Source: Anolis carolinensis
Lineage: Eukaryota
DNA length: 64,000 bases
NCBI RefSeq assembly: GCF_035594765.1
Contig: NC_085841.1
Location: 184,063,574-184,127,573 of the forward strand
Direction of reading: 5' to 3'
Under the pieces are notes generated by a model. It made no database searches, had not been told where the DNA came from, and was given only the letters and a program-made list of their open reading frames with translations. Numbering within the stretch: the stretch's first letter is position 1; each line of letters opens with the position of its first letter. This document shows, piece after piece, positions 39,638-52,771 of the stretch. The position numbers and the translations under genes are program-made.

Positions 39638-41172
39638 TGTCACAAACTCCCAAGGCAATAGACTGATCAAACAACAAATAAAATTACATGTGATATGTGC
39701 AGTCTCTTCTTTTCTGCAGCATTTTTATCAAAAATTTCCATTGAGTTTCTCTCCGTCAGACTATTATTGCAAGGAAAGGGGGAAACATCTCTTCCTCAGT
39801 CCCTCTCCTTCTCATGCTTGTTGGCTTGTACACTCAGTATGGTTACTAAGATGTTGCTTCAACAACACTGAGACTTTCCTAAGGGCTTTCTCATTGCAAA
39901 ATCACTACGCCCAGCCCTGTGTGCTGCTCCCAGGCTCAATAACTGTAATAAGATCAGCTAGCATGGTTACTATGTTTGTACTTTCTACAGTCTAAACAAA
40001 ACTCCAAGTAAAGACACAAACCTGAATCATATAATTTGCTAGGTGGAACTATTCCAGATTTTGTAAGATCTGGTGAAGTATTCCTTTAAAAGAATTTCCC
40101 AAACCATGCTTTAAATAACTTACTCCAGAAAATTCAAAGAGAAATAAGACAAAACAATTGAAATTATAAGAAGAGAGAAGTGTTGTAAGAGCTTGTGTTT
40201 TCAAGTACAGTAGAGTCTCACTTATCCAACGTTCTGGATTATCCAACACATTTTTGTAGTCAATGCTTTCAATGCATTGTGATATTTTGGTGCTAAATTC
40301 GTAAATACAGTAATTACTACATAGCATTAATGTGTCATGAACTACTTTTTCTGCCAAATTTGTTGTATAACATGATGTTTTGGTGCTTAATTTGTAAAAT
40401 CATAACATATTTTGATGTTTATTAGGCTTTTCCTTAATCTCTCCTTAGTATCCAACATATTCGCTTATCCAACGTTCTGCCGGCCCATTTATGTTTGATA
40501 AGTGAGACTCTACTGTATGTCTTCCTGCACATGAAGTTCATTTACATTACAATTTCTGCATATATGTAGATTTAAAATATATTTTTATAAATTAAACACA
40601 GCAAATCAGTACACAAGTCTCCAGAAAATTGTCTAAAGGTATCTTCTTAGACCGGTAAAATATTTTGATTTTCTGACAATATAATAGGAAGATTTATAGA
40701 ACTCCATACTGTTTAGAGTATAAACTTTACCTAGCATTGTCACATTTGGAGCTCAGATATGCCTTCAGGCTAAATAATATATACAGTAGAGTCTCGCTTA
40801 TCCAACATAAATGGTCCAGCAGAATGTTGGATAAGTGAAAATGTTGGATAATAATGAGGGATTAAGGAAAAGCCTATTAAACATCAAATTACATTATGAT
40901 TTTACAAATTAAGCACCAAAATATAATGATTTACAACAAATTGACAGAAAAAGCAGGTCAATATACAGTAACGTTATGTAATAATTACTGTATTTACGAA
41001 ATTAGCACCAAAACATCGCAATGTATTGAAAACATTGACTACAAAAACATTGACTACTAAAAGGCAGACTGCGTTAGATAAAACAGAACGTTGGATAAGT
41101 GAAGGTTGGATAAGCGAGACTCTACATCATCATACATTGGATATAAAATGCAAATTTCACACTAGCATAGAA

Positions 41173-44100
41173 TCTATATCTATATCTATATCTATCTATA
41201 TCTACATCTCTATCTCTATCTCTATCTCTATCTCTATCTCTATCTATATCTATATCTATATCAATATATATAATAAAAGTCAGTGTTTGTATGTATCAGC
41301 GTTTTGATTGGCCTGGCGGAATATGGGTCAGCTTTCTGATTGGCCGGCCGGAATATGGCCCAGCTTTCTGATTGGCCTCCACTTTCACAGGCCACTGGGA
41401 CCCCTGAGGCAAAAACTACTACCAACTGGCTTTGTTCAGCCTACTTCTCTCCTCAGAACGACGCTAGCTTTGGTACAGTTAACAGCCTTCGGCCTACACT
41501 TTTGTAATCAAAAAAACCACTGCCACCACCAGGAAGGCCGGACCTGGACCAAACTTGACACACATAATCCCTACGACCCATGAACCCACTGACAATGGAT
41601 CTGGACCACATAGACCCAACATGCCCAACTGTGCATATTGATAATTAAAAACTTTGGGTGCTAGGAATTACAGTTCACTCACACATTCACAGCATTCTGA
41701 ATCCAACTAACGATGGAAAATAATTATGTTTTAATGCTTCCTTTTAAACAATGGTTGCGGGTATGTTTATGAAAACTTCTACCCCCTCACCTCATCCCCC
41801 TTCAGTGCTTCTACTGACATGTCTGGGCCTTTGCAGGCTGCTAGGCCCTGCTAGGCCGCAAAGGAGGGGGCCATCTTGCCTCCTCACGATTGCTCCAAAG
41901 ATGGCAGCTTCTGCCTGGGCCATTGCCAGAACTGTCCTTCTACAAGGTAAGACAGTACTTTCCACAACAGACTGAAGAGAAAATTCACTATCTTTTTAAT
42001 CTTTGCTGTCATTATGAACACTTTTATCCCCCCCCCCCCACCTTACCCACCCACCACTGGGCGCTTTGGCCCCTCTGCTGACATGTTTAAGGCCTTCCAG
42101 GCTGGCCCCATGCTACTAGGCCCAAAAGGGGATGCCGTTTTGCCTCAGCTTTCAACTTCTTTGTAAGGCCCTACTTTCTTCAAAAGACAGCAGAGAACAT
42201 CGTTATTATCTTTTTAATGATGCCTTTTCATGCTTATGAACACTTCTAGCCCCCAAAGCCCCAATCCAAGCCGCCTTGGATCATTTTGCTAACACGTTTC
42301 AGGCCTTGCAGGCTGGCTCCATTCTGCTAGGCCGCAAAAGAGGGGGCCATCTTCCCTGTTCCACATGGTTCCAAACAGAGCAGCTTTTGCCTGTGTCTTT
42401 TGGATACAGCACTCTCCTTCAACAAGGTAAGGCGGCAGTACGTAAATAGGTTGATCTTGGGCTGATGGGAGTAGCTCCACATCAAGTAGGAAATAAGGTA
42501 CCACTTATAAAGTGGGGAGGCAAATTTAACTAATTTACAATGTTGGAATGAGGAAGTGCCGTCAGAGTGGATGATGAAGCAGCTGTTCTCCCCTGTGGCC
42601 AGAATCGAACATCCCCTCAGGAGAAGGTTAAATTGCCTCTGCGTCTATCTCTGTCTCGGTTCTGTGTGTATACGGGCATTGAATGTTTGCTCTATATGTG
42701 TATAATGTGATCTGTTTATATATATATAAATGGTTCTGTTTATATGGTTATGCATTTCCTAATAACTTTATTCTTAAATCCAAAATCCAACAATGGCTAT
42801 TTCTAATATATATATATCCTTACCAAATGAACCCAGGCAACATCAGGTACTTAGGCAACATTATTTGTTTATTTACGGTATTTATATTCCGCCCTTTTCA
42901 CCCCGAAGGGGATTCAGGGCGGATCACATTATATACATATAGGGCTAACATTCAATGCCCATATACACATAGAACCGAGAGATCATCCACTGTGATGGCA
43001 CTTCCTCATTCCAACGTCATAAATTAGTTAAATTTGCCTCCCCACTTTATAAGTGGTACCTTATTTCCTACTTGATAGTGTTGTCGACCGCGTTTCGGGG
43101 GATCGGGCCCTTAAGGAGAGACCCGACCCGGTCCTGAGGGAACGGACCTTGGCGAAGCCAAAAGGAGAATATAAGCCGCAATACAACCTGAAGCCGAAAT
43201 GAAGAAGGTCCGCCAAAGTTGAAGGAAAATTCCGCCAAGGAGTCTTTATTGAGCGATTCAGCTGAAAAGGACTCTAGTAGTGATCATTCAGTCTACTAGG
43301 GTACCATATAATCAAAATAAAGCCATATTTATACAAAGTTTCAGTCTGACAGCCCTTTGAATTTCCCGCCCCGCTCCCCCGCCCATCTGATCGCTGATAG
43401 GCTAGAAGGTTGAACGAGGCGGGCTTTCGTTTCCCGCCTTGCTCTGTTGGCCCAATAGGGAGCTGCTTTTTGTCCCCACTCGAGCAAATCAGGAAGGAGA
43501 AGGCGGGAGTTATTGAAACAATGAAGTGACAGGGCAGGAAAGATCGGATTAATTCCTGCCAGACCAATTTCTAAAGGAATTAATGGCAGCAATCAAAGAA
43601 TGTCCGGGTTTCTGTCACGTATACAGATTTTAGATATGCCTTGGGGTGTCAGGGGTGGAAGTGGTGATGGGTGGTGATGAGCCATAATTGACAGGCTCCA
43701 CAGGGCGCCTTCCTGAGGTGTCCTGGAATTTCCTTAGGATGAGATATGACAATGTTTGCCTTGGGGGCGAATCACCTTTAGGACAACACTCCGAATTCGG
43801 CGACTCAAGCCTTATATTGTCCATGCAATCTGAATTAGATTGGGTTAAGCGGTGGCAGATTATCCTTTTGTTTTTGGGAAGGGAAGCCTGGGTTATAGGA
43901 AATGAGATAAGTTCTGGGGTTCAGGTTGAGTTCAAAATATTCCCTATTTGATTTGATGACTTGACAATTATATGAAATAAAATGAAAAATAAAATAAAGT
44001 TGGAATATAAACCGTGCTGGGAAAAATACATATTTTCCGGGGATCCCAAAGAGTACAAATACATATAGGCAGATAGATAGGTTTCATGGAAATATGGGAG

Positions 44101-46033
44101 AATCTATAAAGGTGGGTTACATTGCATAAAGGGGAATCAGGAATGATATAAACAATTGAAAACATTTGATAAGAACGAGGTTCACAACATCTGGGGAACC
44201 CAATATGGAAGTTCATAAAAAGTGGAGTTTTAGGAGCATGATTTTACAATTCATGAAATTAGCCCAACAATTAGAAATTCATACAACAGTGATTCATGAG
44301 GGTGTCCAGGTACATAGAATATGAAAATTCACGGATACATTGGGAAAAGAGTTCATCTGTGGTGGAAGGAATTCATAGAAATAGCATGGGGGAGAGGTAC
44401 ATGTGGGTTGCAGTCTTTGGAAGTATAGGATTTCATAAGTTCAGGAGTAGGTCTGGGGAAGAGTGTTCTTCTCATTCATAAAATTATGAAGGTGTAAATG
44501 AAACGTGGAGGGCGCCCGACCAGGCACCCTCCTGGCAGCTGTAGAGAGGGTGAAGGTCCTTGGAGAACTATGTCTCCCCAGCGGGAGAGCGATCCCCCAT
44601 CCACAGTTTACAGAAAGGGGCCAGTGATCTCTTAAAAAAAACCATCCCGCGGGTCGCGGGGAGAGGAAAGTCCGGGATAAGGCTGGAAGAGAGCAGTCTG
44701 GCTTGAAAAGAGCAATCGGTTCCGTTTGACAATCAGCTGATGAGGTGCCGAGAACTGGACCGATTTTGGTTCCGCTGGTGGTCCTTGAGTCAGGAGCCTT
44801 AGGAAGGGTTAGGACTAAAAGAGGAGTGTGCCAGGGGTAATTTTGATAAAGATATGAGCCAATTTGTATCGCCCGCCGTATTAATCTATGGCGGAGGAGC
44901 CTCAGCCAGAGTTAAAGGGACGGACGGGTTAGATAGAGAGAGAGAGATTACGTGCAAAAGAAGGAGTCAGGGAAAGACACAAAATAACCAGGTAGAGAGT
45001 GTTACTATTAAAAATGAATGCTACTTTTATTGGGGGATTTGTTACATAATTCAGGGAAAGGGAAAGTGAAGGAAAAAAAAAGATCTTTTAATAATAGTCT
45101 GCTGCGGTCCCGCTCCGTTCCTTTGGTGATGGATCTGCGGAACTCTCCGCTGCGGGTTCAAATCAATTTGAAAGCTGGCGCCTCGGTCATCAATAGATGC
45201 AACTATCTTTCGGGTTGCTAGGTCAGCAACGAGCAGGGGCTATTTTTTTTAATTGACAGTACTCACCCCGCCACGGGATGGCCTCCAACACATGACCTCA
45301 TGGTCAGAGTGATTTATTGCAGCAGGCTGCTCACCAGCCTGCGCCACAGGATGTTATGGATGTTGTCCATCTACAACCTTATGCATTTTATTAATGGGAT
45401 AATTCATTTTAAAAAAATTAAAATCCCCTTTCAAATAACCCGGGCGTCGCCAGGTACCCAACCAGGTATATAGTAATAAAAGTCAGTGTTTGTGGGTATG
45501 TATGTTTGTATGTAAGTATGTATGTATGTGGCGATGTATACTTCCGCCCTGGGCTCTGACTACCACAGACCACTGCAACCCCCCACAAAAGATGCATCTG
45601 GAGCTGTTTGGACAAGGATGGACCACGGACGAAGGAATTTGCAGTACCATCACCTGCTTTACAGACCACACAACCCCCACCAATGACAGACTAGGACCAA
45701 GCTTGAAACACAAACTCCCTATCACTTTCAACCCTGGAGAATTTGGTGAAGAATGGAACATGGATGATAGGATCTGAAGTATCTTCACCCACATCCAGAG
45801 ACTATTCCTAACCCCCTCAGTCATGTATCTGTACCAAAGATGGCACAGACCCCCATGACTCTTCTTATATACTGCTGAGGTTTTTGGGAGGATTTCCAGT
45901 ACCTTCAGTCCCATCCAGAAACTACTGCAAACCCCATCGGCCATAGATCTGCATCAATGGGCCCATTCATAATATCGAAAACAACTCAATGCCCGCTACT
46001 AATAACCCGGGCACCGCCGGGGCCCCAAGCTAA
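41173..46033 (+). mobile_element. Non-autonomous internal-deletion derivative of the same Helitron family
   Basis: A|TC start with an expanded TATC microsatellite; 5' and 3' segments homologous to 46034-47000 and 55335-56228; same terminal hairpin, ending CTAA; no RepHel. Confidence 0.88.
43079..45192 (-). mobile_element. Second copy of the same solo LTR, inverted, inserted into a SINE within Helitron copy 1
   Basis: TG...CA termini, ATAG TSD, reverse-complement homology to 52772-54834 along its length. Confidence 0.87.
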
Positions 46034-46628
46034 TCTATATATATAATAAAAGTGAATTTTTGTATGTGTGTATGTATCAGCGTTTTGATTGGCCTGGCGG
46101 AATATGTGCTCGCGTTTTGATTGGCCTGGCGGAATATGGGCCAGCTTTCTGATTGGCCGGCCGGAATATGGGCCAGCTTTCTGATTGGCCTCCACTTTCA
46201 CAGGCCACTGGGACCCCTGAGGCAAAAACTACTACCAAGCAGGCTTCGTTCGGCCTACTCTCTCTCCTCAGAACGATGCTAGTTTTGGTACAGTTAACAT
46301 CCTTCGGCCTACACTTTTGTAATCAAAAACACCACTGGCACCACCAGGAAGGCTGAAACTGGACCAAACTTGACACACATCACCCCTAGGACCCAGGAAC
46401 CAACTGACAACGGATCTGTACCAAATACACCCAACATGGCCAACTGTACATACTGATAATAAAACACTTTACATTTACATTACTATATCTACTTTCCACA
46501 ACAGACTGAAGAGATAAAAAGACTATCTTTTTAATGATGCCTTTTCATGCTTATGAACATTTCTAGCCCACAGACCCCCCCCCCCCCCAATTACTGCCCT
46601 CTTCAACCTTTCTGCTGACATATTTTAG

Positions 46629-48043
46629 GCCTTGCAGGCTGGCTCCTCCCTCCTAGGCCCCAGAGGACGACGCCATCTTCCCTGTTATACATTCTTCCAC
46701 AGAAGGCAGCTTCTGACAGGGTCATTGATACAGAACTGTCCTTCTACAAGGTAAGGACCTACTTTTTTCAAATGACAGCACACAACATTGTTATTATCTT
46801 TTTAATGATGCCTTTTCATGCTTATGAACACTTCTAGCCCCCAAAGCCCCCATCCTGGCCTCCTTTGATCCTTCTGCCACATACTTCCAGGCCATGCAGG
46901 CTGGCTTTCTCCTCCTAGGCCCCAAAGAGGAGGCCATCTTCCCTGTTCAACGTTGTTCTACAGAAGCCAGCTTTTGCCTGGGTCTTTTGGATGCAGCACT
47001 TTCCTTCTACAAGGTAAGACAGTACTTTTCACAACAGACCGAAGAGAACATTGTTATTATCTTTTTAATTATACCTTTTCATGCTTATGAACACTTCAGG
47101 TCTTACAAGCTATCCCAAGACTGTTAGGTGGCACACCAGCCCACCCTCTCCCCAGTTCAATGTTTTTTCAAATAAGGTGGCTTCTTCCAGGATAATTTGG
47201 ACGTAGCACTGTACCTACACAAGGCAAGACCCTATTTTATTCAAGACAAAGGCTAACATCATTATTATCTTTTTAATGTTGCCTTCTTAACAACAAGATG
47301 GGGTTTGACAGAGTACTTCTCCCCATTTGACTTCTTCTCATTCCCCCCTCCATATTATGCAGTATATATATATGTGTGTATGTGTGTGTGTGTGTCTGTG
47401 TGTGTGTTTATGAAGAGTTCTAACCACCATCCACCTCCTTTTACCCTTCTGCTGAACAATTTCAGGTCTTGCAAGCTATCCCGAGACTGTTAGGCCACAC
47501 AACAGCCCGCCGTCTTCCCAGTTCAACATTGTTCCAAATAAGACAACTTCTACCAGAATAATTTGAAAACAGCATTGTCCCTACACAAGGTAAGGTCCTA
47601 TTTTATTCTAAAGATAAAAGGGAAAATAATTATTATCTTTTTAATGTTTCCTTTTAAACAATAAGATGGGGTTTGACAGACTATTCCTCCCACTTTGAAT
47701 CCTTTCCTTTTCTTTTCAGTACAAATATCAAATGGAAGGTATGTCTGTGACAGAAAAGAAAAAGAAAGAATATGAATGAATATACACACAAATATGGAAA
47801 TGTCAAAGATACGGTGTCTGTGTATGCGTGTGTGTGTGTGTATGCAAGGCACACTGTGTGTATTTATGAAAAGCTCTACCCCCCACGCCTCCATTGACCC
47901 TTCCGCTTAATCCTTTCAGACCTTGCAAGCTGTCTTGGGCCAGTTATGCTGCACAACTGTTCATCCTCCTCCTGATTCAACATAGTTCCAAAAAGGGCAA
48001 TTTTATCCAGGATCATTTGGAAACAGCATTGTCCCTCACCAAG
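46629..48043 (+). repeat. Array of five homologous 122-124-nt exon-like cassettes upstream of RepHel
   Basis: Each unit runs ttYag|(G/A)YCWT...CAAG|gtaag (one GC donor); related copies at about 41828-41946 and 42303-42426. Confidence 0.75.
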
Positions 48044-48348
48044 GTAAGGTACTGCTTTATTCAAAAGACAATAGAGACCATAATTATTAGGGATATTTTC
48101 AGTTGTGTGCATTGTTATAAGTTATTCCCTGAAGCCCAAATCCAAAAAATCTTACTCCTTTCTGTTTTACACTGCTAAATAATAGTGTTTCTTTTATCAG
48201 GAGTGGTACCTTCAAAATGTCTCAAAAAAGGAAATCTACCATAGGAAAAATCCCACCAAAAGCAAAAAAGGGAAAATTCCACCAAGCAAATGAGTCAACT
48301 GACTGTCGACTTGATAATAACCAGGAAACAGCTAATGCATCAAGGATT

Positions 48349-48900
48349 GCAGAGACTCCAGAACAGCGTCAGGCCAAGCTTCAACAAAAGAGAGAAAAGG
48401 CCAGAGCATCCAGAGCAGCACAGACTCCAGAACAGCGTCAGGCCAGACTTGCAGCAATGAAAGAAAGAGCCTCTATGTTAAGAGGAGCAGAGACTCCAGA
48501 ACAGCGTCAGGCCAGGCTCCAACAAAAACGAGAGAAGGCCAGGGCATCCACAGCAGCAGAGACTCCAGAACAGTGTCAGGCCAGACTTGGGGTAATGAAA
48601 GAAAGAGCCTCTACATCAAGAGGAGCAGAGACTCCAGAACAGTGTCAGGCCAGGCTTGCAGTAATGAAAGAAAGACCCTCTACGTCAAGAGCAGCAGAGA
48701 CTCCAGAACAGCGTCAGGCCAGACTTCGAGTAAAGCAAGAAAAAGCCTCTACGTCAAGAGCAGCAGAGACTCCAGAACAGCGTCAGGTCAGACTTGGAGC
48801 AATGCAAGAAAGAGCCTCTATATCAAGAGCAACAGAGACTCCAGAACAGCATAATGCCCGACTTCAAGAAATCAGGGATAAAGTCACTACAACAAGGAAA
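48349..48900 (+). repeat. Coding tandem repeat, 8 x 69 nt (23 aa, AETPEQRQARL...), STPR-like
   Basis: (G/C)AGACTCCAGAACAG recurs every 69 nt from 48352 to 48835. Confidence 0.9.
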
Positions 48901-51900
48901 GGAAACCATTCAAATTTGTTGCTTGAAGGTTTTCACTATAATCCTCATAAGGACTATGATCAATATCCAAATGTTATTATTGGACAAATGAATCAAATAT
49001 GTAGGTATTGTCATGCCAAGAAATTTAAAATGGAGCCACCGGGGTTGTGCTGTAAGAGTGGAAAAGTTGCACTGCCACCTTTAGAACAACCACCAGATGA
49101 ACTTCTTTCTTATATGTCTGGAAGTACTTCAGAATCAAAACATTTCTTACAGAACATAAGAAGATACAATTCATGCTTTCAAATGACATCGTTTGGTACC
49201 ACCTCTGTTGTTGAAGAAAGGAGCTTCCCAACAACTTTCAGAGTGCAAGGTCAAGTCTACCACACGGCAGGATCTATGATGCCTTTACCCGATCAAAGCC
49301 CCAAGTTTTTACAAATTTTCTTTATGGGGGATGACCAACTAGAAACAGATCAACGATGCCATTACATTCCTGATGTCAGACGTGATATTGTCTTGATCCT
49401 ACAGCAGATGTTTCATCAACACAACCACATAATTAACACATTCAAAACAGCCCTAGAACGTATGCCAACAGATGAATACAGAGTAGTTATTAGAGCTGAT
49501 AAAAAGCCAGTGGGAGAACATGAACGTCGCTTCAATGCTCCTCAAACAAACGAAGTTGCAATCGTCATATCAGGTGATGAATTTGATCAACGTGACATCA
49601 TCATCCAAAGGCGCAGTAATTCACTACAGCGCATACCAGAAACACATCGATGGTATGATGCACTTCAATACCCACTGATATTTTGGCAGGGTGAAGATGG
49701 TTATCACTTCAACATTAAGCTAATCAACCCAACTTCAGGCATACCAACTAACAAAAAAGTCTCAGCAATGGACTACTATGCATACAGAATAATGATTAGA
49801 AGTCATGTTCCTAATCATATTTTAAATTGTCAGCAACTATTTCATCAATTTATTGTTGATATGTATGCAAAGATTGAAACTGAGCGTCTTCTCTTCATAT
49901 GCCAAAATCAAAAGAAACTTCGAGTGGACAAATACATCCACTTAAGGGATACTGTCTCCAATGATAGAAGTGTTGATAACATTGGGCAAATGGTCATTCT
50001 ACTTGCTACATTCACAGGAAGCCCAAGACACATGCACGAATATGCTCAAGATGGCATGACATATGTGAGATCTTATGAACGCCCTGACTTATTTATTACT
50101 TTCACGTGTAATCCCTCTTGGTCAGACATAAAAGAAGAACTTTTATTCAGACAGACACCCAGCGATTGTCATGATTTAATAGCAAGAGTGTTCAAACAAA
50201 AACAAATGAAGTTAATCAATGTAATAAATAAGAGCCATGTATTTGGAGAAACACGGTGCTGTCTGTACTCAATCGAATGGCAGAAACGAGGACTTCCACA
50301 TCCCCATAATCTAATTTGTCTAAAAGAAAAAATTAATCCAACTGACATAGACAATGTTATATCTGCAGAATTCCCAAATCCATCTGAAGACCCTAGCCTC
50401 TATTCAGTGGTGACCAAAAATATGATTCATGGTCCATGTGGAAACCTTAATATGAATGCACCGTGTATGAAGGAAGGAAAGTGCAGCAAGAAGTATCCCA
50501 GACAATTGGTTACAGACACACAAACAGGACACGACGGTTATCTTCTCTATAGAAGACGAGCAACATCAGATGGTGGCTTCACGGCAAAACTCAAGATTAG
50601 AGGCAAGACAGAAGTAGAAGTGGACAACAGATGGGTTGTTCCATATTCTCCACTCCTTTCTAAAATGTTTCAAGCACATATTAATGTTGAATACTGCAAC
50701 TCAATAAAGTCCATTAAGTACATCTGTAAATATGTGAACAAGGGAAGTGACATGGCTGTTTTTGGACTCACTAATGAAAACAGAAATGATGAAGTCCCTC
50801 AATACCAGCTGGGAAGATATATCAGCAGTAATGAAGCAGTTTGGCGGATTTTCAGCTTTCCGATCAATGAACGCCATCCAACCATTGTTCACCTTAGTGT
50901 GCATTTAGAGAATGGCCAAAGAGTCTACTTTACAAGAGATAATGCTGAGACAGTTGCTGCCGAACCACCAAATACCACCTTGACAGCATTCTTTCAGTTG
51001 TGTCAACAGGATTTGTTTGCAAGAACACTGCTATATCCTGAAGTTCCAAAATATTACACATGGAACGCATCCAGAAAGGTCTTCTCCAAAAGAAAACAAG
51101 GAATGTCAGTTTCAGGACATGATGCAGTTGCCAGCGAAGCCTTGGGTCGTGTGTACACCGTTCACCCTAACAATGCTGAATGCTTTTTTCTTAGGATATT
51201 ACTTCACACTGTTCGAGGGCCAATGTCTTTCGCATTTCTAAAAACTGTCAATGGAGAGGTGTGTAATACTTTCAGAGAGGCATGCCAAAAGCTTGGTCTA
51301 TTAGAGGATGATCAACACTAGAACTTTACTTTATCAGAAGCAGCATTACAATCTTCACCAGCTCAAATACGGAACCTTTTTGCCATCATCCTGACAACCT
51401 GCTATCCATCAAACCCTAATGGACTATGGGAGAAACACCGAGAAAGCATGGGTGAAGACATACTTGCAAAACTACAAAGAGACAATCCCACCATGCACTT
51501 AACATTTTCTCCAGACATTTTTAATGAAGCACTTATACTGTTAGAAAACAGATGTCTGGCCATCAGCAACAAAACATTATAACAGTTAGGTGTACAGCCT
51601 CCAGAACGAAATAACCATGATGTCTTCAACAACGAACTTCTGAGAGAAAAGAATTACAATACTGAAGAACTACTAATATTTGTACAATCAAGAAAGCCTC
51701 TATTAAATCATGATCAAAGAAAAGTATATGACACCATAATGGATCACATCAGGAATCAAAAAGGTGGCATACTTTTCCTCGACGCACCTGGAGGAACCGG
51801 AAAAACATTTTTAATTAATTTAGTACTTGCTGAAATTCGTGGAAGTAGGGATGTGGCACTCGCACTCGCTTCCTCTGGGATTGCATCAACACTGATGGAT

Positions 51901-52771
51901 GGAGGACGAAGAGCACACGCAGCATTAAAATTGCCACTGAACAACGCCAATGAACAGCACCCAACCTGTAACATCAGCAAAACATCTGGGCAGGCACAAG
52001 TGCTAAAAATCTGCAAAGTCATAGTGTGGGATGAATGTACTATGGCACACAAGAAATCACTTGAAGCCCTTGACAGAACTCTACAAGATCTAAGAGGAAA
52101 CAATGAACTGATGGGAGGAGCTCTGGTCCTTTTAGCTGGTGACTTCCCGTCATTCCAAAGTCGACGCCAGTAGATGAGCTTAATGCTTGCCTCAAGGCTT
52201 CCGCTCTTTGGAGACATGTGAAGAAAATGACATTGCAAACAAATCTGAGGGTCCAACTTCAAGGAGATGCAAATGCTCAACCTTTTGCAGAGAAGCTCCT
52301 TCAAATTGGTGAAGGTACTTTTCCCACTGATTTGACCTTAGGTGAAATCCACTTTCCAAATGACTTCTGTACGATTGTGACGTCAGTTGGAGAACTTATA
52401 GATAAGGTTTATCCAAACATTTCAGAAAATTTCAAACAACACTCCTGGTTGTGTGAAAGAGCCATCCTCGCGGCTAAGAACGATGTAGTGCATGAAATCA
52501 ACAAGCACATTCAAGACATGATTCCAGGCTCCGTAACAGAATACAAATCCATCGATACAGTAGTGGATGCCGATGAAGCTGTGAATTTTCCAACCGAGTT
52601 CCTCAACTCCCTTAATCCACCTGGGATGCCATCTCACCGCCTGCCACCTAAAGTAGGATCGCCCATCATGCTGCTTCGAAACCTCGAACCACCAAGGTTA
52701 TGCAATGGCACCCGGCTGTGCATCAAAACACTGCTGCCCAATGTCATAGAAGCCACAATACTGACTGGGAA

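Noticed and set aside
46530-46620. C/D-box snoRNAs in the cassette spacers (ATGATGC...CTGA)
   Set aside because: C box imperfect, no terminal stem, motif absent from several spacers; CTGAC fits a branch-point-like motif better
46629-48043. CRISPR-like repeat-spacer array
   Set aside because: Eukaryotic context; units are long and divergent and the spacers are themselves homologous
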